Source: Mobula hypostoma
Taxonomy: Eukaryota
Direction of reading: 5' to 3'
Assembly: GCF_963921235.1 (NCBI RefSeq)
Contig: NC_086097.1
Span: forward strand, 45,138,001-45,202,000
Length of the DNA: 64,000 nucleotides
Shown here: positions 14,345 to 27,850 of the stretch, piece by piece
Position numbering within the stretch: the stretch's first letter is position 1
How the letters are laid out: each line of letters opens with the position of its first letter
Translations under genes and position numbers: made by a program
The notes under the pieces: generated by a model
The model's database searches: none
What the model was told of the DNA's origin: nothing
Seen by the model: the letters and a program-made list of their open reading frames with translations, nothing else

Positions 14345-17300
14345 TAAGACATAGGAGCAGAATTAGGCCATTTGGCCCAGAGTCTGCTCCCCATTTAATC
14401 ATGGCTGATCCTTTTTTTATCCTCCTCAGCCCCACTCCCTGGCCTTCTCCCTGTAATCTTTGAGGCCATGGTTAATCAAGAAACTATCAATTTCCGCCTT
14501 AAATACACCCAATGACCTGGCCTCCAAAGCTGCCTGTGGTGACAAATTCCACAAATGGACGCCCCTCTATTCTGATACTCTGCTCTCTTGTCCGAGACTC
14601 CCCCACCATGAGAAACATCCTTTCCACATCTACTCTATCTAGGCCTTTCAACATTCGAAAGATTTCAATGAGATCCCCACTCATCCTTCTAAATTCCTGC
14701 GAGTACAGACCCAGAGCCATCAAACGTTCCTCATATGATAACCCTTTCATTCCCAGAATCATTCTTGTGAACCTCCTCTGAACCCTCTCCAATGCCAGCA
14801 CATATTTTCTTAGATAGGGAGTGTAAAACTGTTCAAAATACTCAAGGTGAGTATAAAGACTCACCAGTGCTTTATAAAACCTCAGCATCGCATCTCTGCT
14901 CTTGTATTCCAGACCTCTTGAAATGAATGCTAACATGGCATTTGCCTTCCTCAACACCAACTCAACCTGCAAGTTAACCTTTCAGGGTGTTCTGCACAAG
15001 GACTCCCAAGTCCCTTTGCATCTCAGATGTCTGAATTTTCTCCCTATTTAGAAAATAGTCTGCACATTTATTTCTTCTACAAAAATGCATGATGATGTAT
15101 TTTCCAACATTGTATTTCATTTGCCACTCTCTTGCCCATTCTCCTAATCTGTCTAAGTCCTTCTGCAGCCTTCCCGTTTCCTCAGTACTACCTGCCACTT
15201 CACCAATCTTTGTATCATCTGCAAACTTGACAAAAAAGCCATCTATTCCAACGTCTAAATCATTGATATAAAAACACTGAGCCTGCGGAACAAAACTAGT
15301 TACTGGCAGCCAACCAGAAAAGGATCCTTTTGTTCCCACTCGCTGCCTCCTACCAATCAGCCAATGCTCTAACCATGCTAGTACCTTTCCTGTAATACCA
15401 TGGGCTTTTAACTTGTTAAGCAGCCTCATGCATGGTACCTTGTCAAAGGACTGCTGAAAACCCAAATATACACCATGTTTCATATTTCATCTTTTCCCTC
15501 TTAAAGATTCTTTTAGTTGCTTTCTGTAGGCTTTTAAAAGCTTCCCAATCCTCTATCTTTCCGTTAGTCTTCGCTTTGTTATATGCCTTCTCTTTTGCTT
15601 TTACATTAGCTTTGACTTCCCTTCTCAGCCACGGTTGTACTATTTTGCCATTAAAGTATTTTTGGAATCTTTGTGTGCATGCGTCGGTCATGCATGCAAC
15701 CTGTTACAGCCGTTCCAGACCAGTATTCTTACTTTTTCCTTCTTACTTTTTAACTTACGTTATGTTTTGTTTTTTTTTGCACGGTAACACGTAGAAGCTG
15801 CACCCTCTCTAGCATGCTGGTAGAGAAAGTTTTATTTGGGTTTTTAGCATTGGAAATAGTTACATTCCGACATGTCTCATTAGCGGGACAGAAGCATAGT
15901 AGCATTGTGTATTCCAGGGACCAGCTGATTGAGCTTACGCCGGCCAGTTTAGCGAGCAGAGCGGCGGACACCCCTGCTGAAATCTGGAGGAAAACACACA
16001 GAGGATGCAGAGGGAGATCACAAAGGTGAGGAAAGAGGACCGGGTCGAGACAACAGAGACTTATGGAGAAGAGGAGTTCGGTGGGTAATAAAATGGACGA
16101 GTTTACGGCACTAGCCATGCGTCAGAGAACATTTCAGGAGTGCAGTGTTATGTGTTTCACTGGAACGGGGCTGCACAAGGACATACCCGATCAAAACTTT
16201 TCCATGGACGGCTTCCAGACCATTCCGGCTGAATGGAAGTGCACTGAGAGTGGTAAGCGTAAAGGAGTTGGGTGCTTACTGTTCTGGTTAACAACAGATG
16301 GTGCAATCCGGGTCATATTACAATTGAGGAACGTGGTTGTAGAGCGGATATTGAACTTTTTACTGTTGGACTTCGGCCATATTCCACCGAGATTCAACAC
16401 TGGGCAGCACGGGAGGTCGTTCCTGCCTGTGGCCATCGAACTTGCAGCTCCTCCTGTGGAGGGTCAGACACCCTGAGCCAAAAGGCTGGTCCTGGACTTA
16501 TTTTCCATCTGGCATAGTTAGCATTTCGTTGTTTGATTGTTTGTGGTTTTTGTATTGCTATATTTATGCTCTATTCTTGGTTGGTGTGGCTGTAACGAAA
16601 CCTAATTTCCCTCAGGATCAATAAAGTATATCTATCTATCTATCCTGCACCCTCCCCATTTTTCTCAGAAACTCTGCTGTCATTCCTGCCAGCTGTCCTT
16701 CCAACTTACTTTGGCCAGCTCCTCTCTCATTCCACTGTAATTTCCTTTACTCCACCAAAATACTGCTACATCAGACTTTAATTTTTCCCTATCAAATTTC
16801 AAATTGAACTCAATCATATTGTGATCACTGTCTCCTAAGAGTTCCTTTAACCTAAGCTCTGTAATTGCTTGCGGTTCATTGTGTAACACCCAATCCATTA
16901 TAGTTGATACCCTAGTAGGCTCAACAACAAGCTGCTCTAAAAAGCCATCTCATAGGCATTCAACAAACTCACTCTCTTGAGATCCATTACCGACCCAATT
17001 TTTCCAATCTACCTGCGTGTTAAAATCTCCCATGACTATCATAACATTGCCCTTTTGATATGCCTTTTCTATTTCCTGTTATATTCTGTAGTCCACATCC
17101 CAGCTACTGTTGGGGGGCCTGCCATCAGTCGTTTTACCTCTGCAGTTGCTTAACTCAACCCACAAGGATTCAACATCTTCCAATCGTACGGCACACCTTT
17201 CTAAAGATTTGATTCCGTTCTTTACCAGCAGAGTCACGCTACCCCCTCTGTCCACCTTCCTATCCCTCTGATACAATACGTAATCTTGGACATTCAGCTC

Positions 17301-17440
17301 CCAACTACAACCATCCTTCAGCCATGACTCAGTAACGGCCACAACATCATACCCGACAATCTGTAAAAGTGGAACAAGATCATCCACCTTATTTCTTATT
17401 GAGATATAACACTTTGAGTACTGTATTTGCAACCCTTTTT
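14345..17440 (-). mobile_element. Decayed CR1 LINE (APE to RT) with a nested insertion
   Basis: KFADDTKIG, AVTESWL and GDSDHNMIEF motifs on the minus strand; interrupted at about 15660-16645. Confidence 0.85.
15660..16645 (+). mobile_element. Internally deleted Rex1/Babar-like non-LTR element
   Basis: APE N-terminal remnant (GNKMDE..CSVMCFT..; VLVNNRWCN..GLRPY) joined at about 16385 to the C-terminal RSFLPVAI motif, then AATAAA and a (TATC)n tail. Confidence 0.7.
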
Positions 17441-18585
17441 GTGGAAGGATGAAGGGAGACCTTATTAAAAGTCAATGTCATAACAAGGCACATGACAGGG
17501 TTGATGCTGAGATGTTTCCACGAGTGGGAGAATCTTGAATGAGGGGTCACGGGTACAAGATCAGAGAAGAGCATTTAAAACATAGGCACATAACTATTCC
17601 TTCTGACAAAGAATGGTGACTATCTGGAAAGTTATGCCTCAAAGGTTGTGAAGTATTGATCACCAGAGGTATTTGAGGAATTAAGTACATTTTTGAAGAA
17701 ATGGAAATTGAGGCTTTGGTGAACTGGCACAAAAGGGGAGTTGAGGCCTGGGGCAAATCAGCCAGAATCATATTGAAGAGGCCAGGTGAATAACCCCTGC
17801 TCCTGTTTTCTGTGAATTTGTCTGTATTGAGCTATTGAACTAAGTGTTGCTTACCAGACTCTATATAGTTGTATTATTATTTCCCCATTTCTAAACTTCA
17901 ACTCCTTTGAAATGAAGACCAACGTGCCATTTTCCTTTGAGATGATGATTTTTCAAAACCTTATACTTTGTGATACTCAATTTTTATCTAGTTGAAAAGT
18001 TTATTTCAGGCTGGGTATCGGATATTAATAACAGAATTACTTATGGCTAAGAAGTTCAGATTTCCTTTTGTTATAAAGAGACTTTCTGAACAGGATCCCA
18101 GCACGTGGAGAACCCACACAAAGAAGCAATAATTCTTCACCCCTGTCTACCGTTGACTGCTGTCTAACGTGTTCGAATGTCATTGGTTATAAGAAGGCTC
18201 ATTGGCCACTATGTATAAAGAACAATAAACGAAAAAGCTGCCTCTCCAACAGCAGGGAAAAGTTCAACAACATCAATTGAAATTCAGATTTCTGCTCATT
18301 AACTATCCAGTTGTAAACCATAGTCAGGATGATTCACAGAAAAGGAAAGCCAACCTGCTCAGGATCTTTCTAAAGAAGACAGATAAATATCTCAAGTCTA
18401 AAAGGCCACTTTGACATTGGTGAGTTCCACATGAGCAATTTACAATGGGGATTAATCAGACCCTGTGATGGTAACGTTTGTGTTGTAGCTAGATTGTGAT
18501 AATGATTTATTGTAAGTCACTCTTTCATCAATTCAAGGATATGGCAGAGATAAACTGTGACTATTTGGAGGGCATCTGCTCCTAC

Positions 18586-18711
18586 CTGGGTGATGGGGTG
18601 AAAGTCTCCAGATAAAGTGCCTCGTAAGATGAAATTCCTTGTTGTGCCAATCAGTAACACTTCTCCCCTTCCTTCAGTTACTGTCCTGACTGGACCAAAC
18701 TGCTCAGGAAC
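18586..18711 (-). CDS. eml1: EML1 exon: VPEQFGPVRTVTEGRGEVLLIGTTRNFILRGTLSGDFHPITQ
   Basis: 126 nt, phase 0-0, lies within ORF 18517..18756. Confidence 0.96.
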
Positions 18712-20084
18712 CTGTATCAAAGAGTGAATAATAATACTGTAGGCGTAGTCTGACAAAATGATGTTCGTAGTACAAGGCCATAAGGTTATGAAATCACATG
18801 TAAAGATGCACTGTACAGTTGGCAGAGTACCAACATAAAGTTAATGGTTATGGTTAGGTTTTGGATTGTTGCTGGCACTAGGAGGAGATTCCATAACAGA
18901 ATTGTGCATTGTTTGTTGTCAGCAAGAGTTTGCCCACATTTACTTCACATTGGATGGGAAGAAAACTTTGCTTAATCCAGGCCCATTCAGTTCTTAACTT
19001 ATTTCCATTTCATAATATATACAAGAGGTATGTTAAAGAAATCTGAGGGAATAAAATGAGAAATTATATTCTGTTCTTCCTATAGCAGTTCAACTTGAGC
19101 TCGAATTTTCAGAATAAATAATCCAATGCAATTTACAAATGGATGTGGTTGTAACTGACTCCAGATGATAATTCATTCACATCGCTGCAAGGGAGATGAA
19201 CTGGAAGCAGGAAGCATTGTAGTCTAACCAAATAGGATTTAATTCTCAATTGTTTCCATGGTTTTACAAACCGCTACTTCTACCTGTTGTTTCCAGCAAC
19301 TGATCTGGATGATGGTGCCTAGTGTCACGTAGACAAACATTTTAAATTTTACTGTATTTATCTGGGAGCATGGGAATGTTTCCGCGTTGCCAAGTACAAG
19401 GAAAAGTACTTCGAAATCAAAGTTCGCTTGTAAAACACTGGCCTGGGTTCACAAGAGCAATGTAGTGATTTTAGAAGCTATTGAACAGGCAGTCTGACTA
19501 AATCAGTAGAATGATTGCTCACTTTATTTTTGCCATATTGTACTTGCCTTTATAATTAATAGATCAAATACTATTAACAGATCCGTCTTACTAGTGAATG
19601 AGCTTCAAATATAGAATATGCAAGTGAGAACATAAACATGAGTTGGAATTTGATTTATTTTTCTGTCAGAACTATGATGTTTTCAGAGTTAATATTAGTT
19701 ATTATAGTATGTATTTGCAATTACAGGCAATCATTGCAAAAGTTTCGAATGGCTTGATACACAGAGTGGCTTCACAATGATTACTGTGCACATCCAACCC
19801 TAACACTAACACTTCATACTTTCTTCAATATTTTGAACACTGTTATCAATTATCAATCCGGTAGTCCTGAAGAGAAGAACAGGAGGCGATGGGATGGGGA
19901 ATGAGACATATAGGAGAAAAATAGATTTTGAAAAATTAGCACTTTTTAGTCTATCTTTCAAATTGGGCCATTTCTCTCACTGTTCTAAAAGCCATGTGAA
20001 ATTTTATTTGCATAAATTTGGTAGCTGATTTGTGCATCCACTGCACAACTTTTCTGAAGTGTTGCACATCTTGGGTTTATTTAT

Positions 20085-20360
20085 TCAGAGAACAGCTCTT
20101 GCGGCCCAGTGAGGTGCAGCACCCAGCAACCCACCTATTTTACCCAGGCCTAATCACAGGACAACTTACAATGATCAATTCCTCTAATAACCGGTTCATC
20201 TTTAGAATCTGGGACTAAACCAGAGGATCCGAGAAAATCAACGTGCTCACGGGAAAGATATTGAAACTTTCTACAGACAGCACTGAAACTGAACTTCAAT
20301 CACACAACACCCCAAGCTGTAGAAGTGTTGAACTAACCACTATGCTACTGTGGCACCGTT
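20085..20360 (-). mobile_element. tRNA-derived SINE, decayed
   Basis: Similar to the copies at 620-857 and 36030-36290. Confidence 0.6.
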
Positions 20361-20735
20361 CGACATTCCCATAGTATTCTTTGCTTGAAACATCAGGATG
20401 CCTAATATCAAGATATAAGACTGGAGTTTCCCTTTCCTCTCCGTAATATTACCTAGCTGACATCAAACGAGATACCCACACTCTGTAGTGATGTCTTTAG
20501 TCGCAGGTTAACACATTTTTCTGATGATCTGTATCTTAAATTTTAATCGTCAAGGAACATTTAATATTAAGTTATCAGGACAACCCTAAAGATTACCAAT
20601 ACAAGTTCAGAACTGCTGTTGGGAGTATATTCAAGATTTACTGGCGAACTAAAGGAAATGCAAAAACAAAGTAAAAAATGTCATGGTGATCTGCACAAAC
20701 TGGAAATGATAGAATTTCTGGCCCAGAAATCTCAC

Positions 20736-20890
20736 CTCAGTTTCTTGTATCTTCTGGTAGTTACGGTCCCAAGAGATCAGCTTTCGGTCTTTACCCCCAC
20801 CAGATACGAGAGTGCCATCACGCAGCATGCAAAGTGCAAATATACCGCCTTCATGTGCCCCCTGAACAGCATAGCTAATGCGGTTGGTAC
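20736..20890 (-). CDS. eml1: EML1 exon: TNRISYAVQGAHEGGIFALCMLRDGTLVSGGGKDRKLISWDRNYQKIQETE
   Basis: 155 nt, phase 1-0, ccttag| acceptor, |gtgaga donor. Confidence 0.97.
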
Positions 20891-21619
20891 CTAAGGCAAA
20901 TTATCACAACATAAATTCACTTATCAAACAGATCCACTTTAACATAATGGAATGTTAATATTTTCTTCAGTCACTGCTTGGAGAGAGATCAGATAAATGG
21001 CATCAGTTTCAATAAAATTTGACAACTTTTAATCTCAATATATTTTATTTTAAGCAAAACAATAATTTCTTTGAACTTGTCAGTGTGGGACTTTATTTGG
21101 CTTCTGTGACTTTCCCATGATTTGGAGAAGATTGTAAATTCCAGGCTGAAAGTTGTGTTTTTCTATTTCTAGTACAGCAAGTTAAATAAAAACAATACTG
21201 GATTTTCAACTATAGTAGAAAATCGTGTTAAGGAAATGTGAGTTCATGTATTTCAGGACCTCTAATGGGGGCAGGACTTAAACCATGAGGCATAGCAAAC
21301 TACAGCAAAGTTTTCATAAATAGGATTACAGTAATATAGATGGGTACTTCTTCTGGCTGGCATGGACATGATGGGCTGAAAGGCCTGTTTCTGTGCTGTA
21401 AGACCATACACTTATAAAAATTCCCAACAAGCACTTTCACAACAAAGAATTCCATACACAGTGTATTGCAAGAACAAGATAGACATGAGATGACTGGTAG
21501 AATAGAAACAGTTTCACTTCTTAGTGCAACAACACGATCAACTTGTACTAACAAAACAATGAGCAGTATTATTTGCTAGAGATATAACTTATATGTACCA
21601 TGGAATTTCCAAAGTACAG

Positions 21620-23680
21620 AAACAACCCCCAGGGTTATGTGCTCGGCCAGATGCTGCTCATGCTGCTGACTCATGACTGCGTGGCCAGATCCATCTCAAA
21701 CACAATCATCAGGTTCGCTGATGATACAACAGTGGTTGGCCACATCAGCAACAGTGATGAGTCAGCATACAGAGAGGAGGTAGAGAGGCTTGTCAAATGG
21801 TGTGAGACAACAGCCTGAGTTTCCACATGGACAAAAGAGATGATTGTGGACTTCAGGAAGGTGCAGATCAAACACTCTCCATTGCACATCAATGGCTCTA
21901 GTGGAAGAGTCTTGGACCAGAGGACACAGCCTCAGAATAGAGGGGAGTCCTTTTAGAATGGAGATGAGGAGGAATATCTTTAGCCAGAGATTGGTGAATC
22001 TGTGGAATTCATTGCCACAGGCAGCTGTGGAGGCCAAGTCTTTATGTATATTTAAGGCAGAGGTTGATAGATTCTTGATTAGTCAGGGCATGAAGGATAA
22101 GGGGAGAAGGCAGGACACTGGCGTTTAGAGGAGAAATGGATTGGTGCGATGAAATGGTGGAGCAGACTAAATGGGCCTAATTCTGCTCCTATATCTTATG
22201 GTCTTATGGCTCTGCCATGGAGAGTGAATAAACCAAATTTCCCTGGTGTGCACATAACAGACGATCTAACCTGGATCCACAACACCTCCTCACTAGTCAA
22301 TAAGCCACATCAGTATCTACAATTTCTGAGGAGAGTGAAGTGTGCAAGGCTCCCCACCCCCTTTCTCGCAACTTTCTACAGGAGCACCATCGATAGTGTC
22401 CTGTCTGGCTGCGTCACTGTACGGTGCAGAAACCGCAAGGCATCAGACCACAAGACCCTACAGACTGCTGTGAGGATCACTGGGCTCTACCTGCCCCCTA
22501 TTTGTGACATTTACTAGAAGTGTTGCAGACAAAGGCCCAAAGCATTTTTTGAAGATACCGACTACCCATCCCATAATCTCTTGGTTCCACTACTGTCAGG
22601 AAGGAGGTATAGAAGCATCATGTCCAGGACTGGCAGACAGGGTAACAGCTTCTTCCCTCTGGCTTTGAGACTTATGAAGACCCTACCACTGCCAAGAACT
22701 TGTCATTAGGACAGTGAGCTGTTTACTGTACCATTCAAATGTGCTACACACTACATGCATTTTAAATTATATTTTATTAACATCTATGGTGATAAGCATG
22801 AAGTGGTTCATTTTGGTAGGTCAAATATGATGGCAGAATATAGTATTAATGGTAAGACTCTTGGCAGTGTGGAGGATCAGAGGGATCTTGGGGTCTGAGT
22901 CCATAGGACACTCAAAGCAGCTGTGCAGGTTGATGGTTAAGAAGGCATACGGTGTATTGGACTTCATTGATCGTGGAATTGAATTTAGGAGCCGAGAGGT
23001 AATGTTGCAGCTATACAGGACCCTGGTCAGACCCCACTTGGAGTACTGTGCTCAGTTCTGGTCACCTCGCTGCAGGAAGGATGTGGAAGCCATACAAGGG
23101 GTGCAGATGAGATTTACAAGGATGTTGCCTGGATTGGGGAGCATGCCTTATGAGAATAGGTTGAGTGAACTTGGCCTTTTCTCCTTGGAGAGACGGAGGA
23201 TGAGAGGTGACCTGATAGAGGTGTATAAGACGATGAGAGGCATTGATCGTGCGGATAGTCAGAGGCTTTTTCCCAGAGCTGAAATGGTTGCCACAAGAGG
23301 ACACAGGTTTAAGGTGCCGGGGGGTAGGTACAGAGGTGATGTCAGGGGTAAGTTTTTCACTCAGAGAGTGGTGAGTGTGTGGAATGGGCTGCCGGCAACG
23401 GTGGTGGAGTCGGACACGATAGGGTCTTTTAAGAGACTTTTGGATAGGTACATGGAGCTTAGAAAAATAGAGGGCTATGGGTAAGCCTAGTAATTTCTAA
23501 GGTAGGGACATGTTCGGCACAACTTTGTGGGCCAAAGGGCCTGTATTGTGCTGTAGGCTTTCTATGTTTCTATATTTTGTTTTATATGCTGTGTGTGATA
23601 TATGTATGTTTTCCAGAGAAACATCATTTCATTTGGTTGTTATATATATACCGTCAGATGACAATAAACTTGAACTTGAA
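21620..23680 (+). mobile_element. Rex1/Babar LINE fragment carrying two nested CR1 3' ends (about 21895-22210 and 22795-23575)
   Basis: THDCVARS.SNTIIRFADDTTVVG, then CR1 sequence TRGHSLRIEG, after which the host resumes. ORF 22849..23484 is a CR1 ORF2 C-terminus. Confidence 0.85.
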
Positions 23681-23971
23681 ATTAAGTTGGTGATAATGAG
23701 TTATCCCTGTTGGGCAACATCAATTGAAAGGAAGACTATGCAATAAATTTTGAAGTGCAATCACAAGGTTATTTGCTGGAGGTAGGCCACTGTCTAATGA
23801 CTCATTTCAATTTATATATTCAGAGATTGTATTTTTATTCATAGCATTGTTATTTCATGGTAATTTGCACATGAATTAGTTAATGGAATTGAATACATGT
23901 CACTAGCACCTAGGCAAACAGGAGAAATGGAACTAAAAGTGACTAAAAAACAAACTTCAATCCATTCTCAC

Positions 23972-24071
23972 CTTTTCCCCAGACTAGAATATTTCCACTT
24001 GAATCCCCGGTTATTGCATCACCATTTTCAGCAAAGGTCGCACACAGAACAAACTTTGGTTTCTCATGTTT
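23972..24071 (-). CDS. eml1: EML1 exon: KHEKPKFVLCATFAENGDAITGDSSGNILVWGK(G)
   Basis: 100 nt, phase 0-1, |gtgaga donor. Confidence 0.96.
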
Positions 24072-24396
24072 CTAAGAAGAAGCAGATACATTGGATAACC
24101 ACATTTAGAACAGTACATACCACAGTAAGAACGAACATCCAGAATATTGTGTCTAGCTGGGATGAAAAATGTAATCAGGGCACTTTTTGAGAACCTAACA
24201 CTCTCACGCTGCCATTTCACAGTGTGTTATTGAAATACTGGAGGTACAATAGGAATTGTCTAACCACATGGCCAGTTTGCATTTTTGGAAAAGCATCTTA
24301 ATTTTTGCTGACCTGTTCTTACTGATCAGTAAGAGTCAAGTTGTTTTACTTGACAGTCTTATGCTCTTCAATTTTTTTTAAGAAATGTAAACTTAC

Positions 24397-24531
24397 CTCG
24401 AACAGCCCTTGTTTCTTTGCAAAAGAGCCTCCTTCCAGTGTCCAAAAGTAAATGTGGGATTTCCCACAAGTTACGATGATGTTAGTCTCTGTGGGATGGA
24501 AATCTGCTGCAAAGATGGGCTCATTTGAACA
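24397..24531 (-). CDS. eml1: EML1 exon: CSNEPIFAADFHPTETNIIVTCGKSHIYFWTLEGGSFAKKQGLFE
   Basis: 135 nt, phase 0-0, |gtaagt donor. Confidence 0.97.
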
Positions 24532-24596
24532 CTGTCAGAGATACAAACAACATAACCAAAAATTGTTGATTGCTGACCATTAATTGTACAAAACAT

Positions 24597-25110
24597 GAAG
24601 TTCAAAGTAAAATTTATTATCAGAGTATATACGTGTCACCACATACAACCTTGAGATTCTTTTTCTGCGGGCATACTTAGCAAATCTATAGAACAGTAAC
24701 TGTAAACATCAGCAACTGTTAACTGTAAACAAACTGTGCAAATGCAGACGTAAATAAATAGCTATAAATAGCAAGAATGAAATAACAATGTAAAAGATCC
24801 CTTAAATGAGTGTAGCTATCCCCTTTTGTCCAAGAGCCTGATTGTTGAGCAGTAGTAACTGTCCTTGGACCTGGTGGTGTGAGTGAGGCACCTGTAGCTT
24901 CTACCTGATGACAGCAGTGAGAAAAGAGCATTGCCTGGGTGGTGAGGAGCTTTGATGATGGATGCTGCTGTTCTACGGCAATGTTTTATGTAGATGTGCT
25001 CAATGGTTGAGAGGGTTTTACCCGTGATGAATTGGGCCAAATCCACTACCTTTTGTAGGATTTTCTGCTCAAGGGCGTTGGTGTTCCCAAACCAGCCTGT
25101 AATGCGGCCG
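24597..25110 (-). mobile_element. Rex1/Babar LINE 3' fragment
   Basis: AASIIKAPHHPGNALFSLLSSGRSYR. Confidence 0.8.
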
Positions 25111-26483
25111 CGTGAAGTTCACGTCAGATAAATATTTCTTTGCCTTACACCTGCTTGAACTCACAGTTGGTTCACCTAGTTATTAAGTTGTGATTAAAGC
25201 CACCCAGACTATTTTCTATTCTCCTTTTAGGAGAGCTACTCTCAGGCATATGTCATGCCATACACAGAGGACACTGCATTAGGTGTCACAAGAAACTGGA
25301 TGCCGTAATCTGGAGCACATAACAAAATGCTCGAGGAACTCAGTGGGCTGGTCAGCATCTGTGGAGGCACAGGGAGAGTGAGCATTTTGGTCAAAACCTT
25401 GCATCATTCAGGGAAATTCAGGATGTGCACTCAATTACAGGGAAAATGACAACTTACTATTAAACTTTCCCACAGGAAGCATCCTTTAATTAGAGGAACA
25501 TAGCTTTAAACCAATAGCATAAAGGACAACAGCTCTGGGGCATAGGAATAGTAGAAATTGACTTAATGGTTTATTTTGTAGCTTCGGAGCTGGGAAAGTA
25601 ATCCATTTTTGCAATGCAGTTATTTAACAACCAATATTTCATATTAAGCCCATTCCTAATATCTTTGTAGCATTTTCTCAACAAAAATTGTAACAATATA
25701 CAGTAACATAGTCCAGAAATGAAAACAAGTTTGTGGATATCCATGCAAGTGAACAGACATATTCGGCAAACGTTTGCCCACAGTTGTTTCGAGGAACTAG
25801 GAGAAAGTCAGTCAACATGGCAAGCTGCTCAGGAACTGGGATGTGGAACACATTGGTAAATATTTGAATCAAATGATGTTAGTTTGGTTATAACAATATT
25901 GTTGGTAAAGCCGGCATTTGTTACCCACCCAGTATTGTCCCTGAACAGAGCTAAGCTATTTCACAGTTAACTTCATTGATATCAGTCTGGACTCACATTT
26001 TGGGCAAATTAGGCAAGTCTGGCAGATTTCTGCTTCCTAAAGACATCAATGAACTAAAAGGGTTTTGTGACATTCCAATAGGTCTGTAGTATTACACAAC
26101 ACAGATAGCTATTTTCATTTTTTTTAAATTCCAGATTATTAATTGAAGTTAAATACCAGTGCAACCGATGTGAAATTGAATTCAGGTCTTTGAGTTCCAC
26201 TAGCGCGCCCAACATTGTCTCTGTTATCTCCTATTTTCACATGCAGTTGTGTAGGTAAACTTATCTGTGTTACAGTCTGGCCTGAACTGTCCCTCACCTA
26301 CACACACTGGTACGGACACCCTGTCCTTCCCTTCCCTTACTCTCCTTGTAGACACAACACAAGATTAGGTGGAACAGTTTAGAATGAAGAAAGAAACTAT
26401 GATTGTTGGCAATTATCATGAATTTAAGTGGAATCACTGCAATGTGACTTTAATGTAGAACCAAAAATATAATTTAAAAATAC

Positions 26484-26579
26484 CTTAATATCACCTAGTC
26501 TTTCTACTTTTTGCCAATCCCACACTGAAAGGACGTGGTCATTGGAATCATCCACCACACACAAAGTAGACCCTCCATT
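26484..26579 (-). CDS. eml1: EML1 exon: NGGSTLCVVDDSNDHVLSVWDWQKVERLGDIK
   Basis: 96 nt, phase 0-0, follows a 95-nt intron. Confidence 0.96.
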
Positions 26580-26674
26580 CTGAAAGAGATATATTGTAAG
26601 CACAGAGGTACAACAGACATAAGTAGAGTGTTAACAGAAAGAACTTTCTTTGGCCAATAAATTCATGCACTTAC

Positions 26675-26785
26675 CGATTTTGAGAAGGCAATACAGCTTA
26701 CTGACCGATCAAAGAAGCCAGTTCCAATTATGTGTAGTGTATTCAAACTCACAGAATCCCAGATCCGAACATGAGGAGCAGCTTG
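26675..26785 (-). CDS. eml1: EML1 exon: QAAPHVRIWDSVSLNTLHIIGTGFFDRSVSCIAFSKS
   Basis: 111 nt, phase 0-0, acacag| acceptor, |gtaagt donor. Confidence 0.96.
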
Positions 26786-27070
26786 CTGTGTATATAAAGC
26801 AGAGGCAGATTCATTTCACTTCAGTCCAGCCCATATCAAAGCCTTGTCAAACGGCTCAGCAATCTTTACTTTTTTTTAAATTGCCGTAAGACCATTATTA
26901 TTTCAGTTAAAGTGATCTTAAAAATTTATTAAATGTGCAGACATACTTTTGACTGTTGAAAAATTCTATTATTAAAACACCTGCCAGAGTAAATAAGATG
27001 TATTGCATATATGCATTTTCTATGTCACTTAATATTAGGTGTTGCTTGGATGAATAAAAATACCACACAC

Positions 27071-27140
27071 ATTTCCATCCTTGGTTATCCCTGCGACCTG
27101 ACCAGTTGCTATGGTGATCCTGTCAGGGTGGACTGCAAGG
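27071..27140 (-). CDS. eml1: EML1 exon: LAVHPDRITIATGQVAGITKDGN
   Basis: 70 nt, tcacag| acceptor, |gtgtgt donor. WD40 repeat. Confidence 0.95.
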
Positions 27141-27700
27141 CTGTGAAAAGGTAAACATCTGTCAGCTGTAGCATGAAAACCAAAACATAGCTTCAAGTTA
27201 TCTATAACTAGATTTATTAACAACTGTTATTACATTAATCTCATTGAAGACCCTGACAGTATTTTGGCATCAGTAATATTTGATGGTTCTTTTGAAGAAC
27301 TAAATAAACACATAGGAACAAACAGATAGGTTGGCCTGCAAATGAATGGAAATAGTTCTTTGAAGAATGTATATGTGTTTTATTGGCAGGCAAATGTTGT
27401 TTTAATTTCCCAACATCAGCTACCCTGCAAATCATGCTCTCACGCATAGATAATCAGACTTGAAGCAAACCAAACAAAAAGCCAGTCTGACAGTAAAAAG
27501 GGTCTGAGAAAGGATTCCTGAGCCAAATATGAACTGGTTACTCTTTTCATGGAGGCCATTTCTCCGGCTGATTTCTTCCAGCATTCTTTGGTTCCATTTC
27601 TGATTTCAACCGGCACTATTTTATTTGTGAAAAAGGTTCAATTTTGGCAGCAATAATCAGTAGATGGGACATATTTTACTTCATTTTTCCCAAAACTTAC

Positions 27701-27850
27701 CACTTGACATCGTCATTATGGCCAGTGTAGTGTCTCTGAAGCTGTTCCTCCACATTGTACAATACAACGACAGATGCAATGAAATATACAATCTCTCCTG
27801 TTGGTAGAAGGTACAGGTTGCACCGGCAATCTCGGCCTCGATAGCCATAA
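27701..27850 (-). CDS. eml1: EML1 exon: YGYRGRDCRCNLYLLPTGEIVYFIASVVVLYNVEEQLQRHYTGHNDDVK(C)
   Basis: 150 nt, phase 2-2, |gtaagt donor. Carries the HELP signature YGYRGRDCR. Confidence 0.97.
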
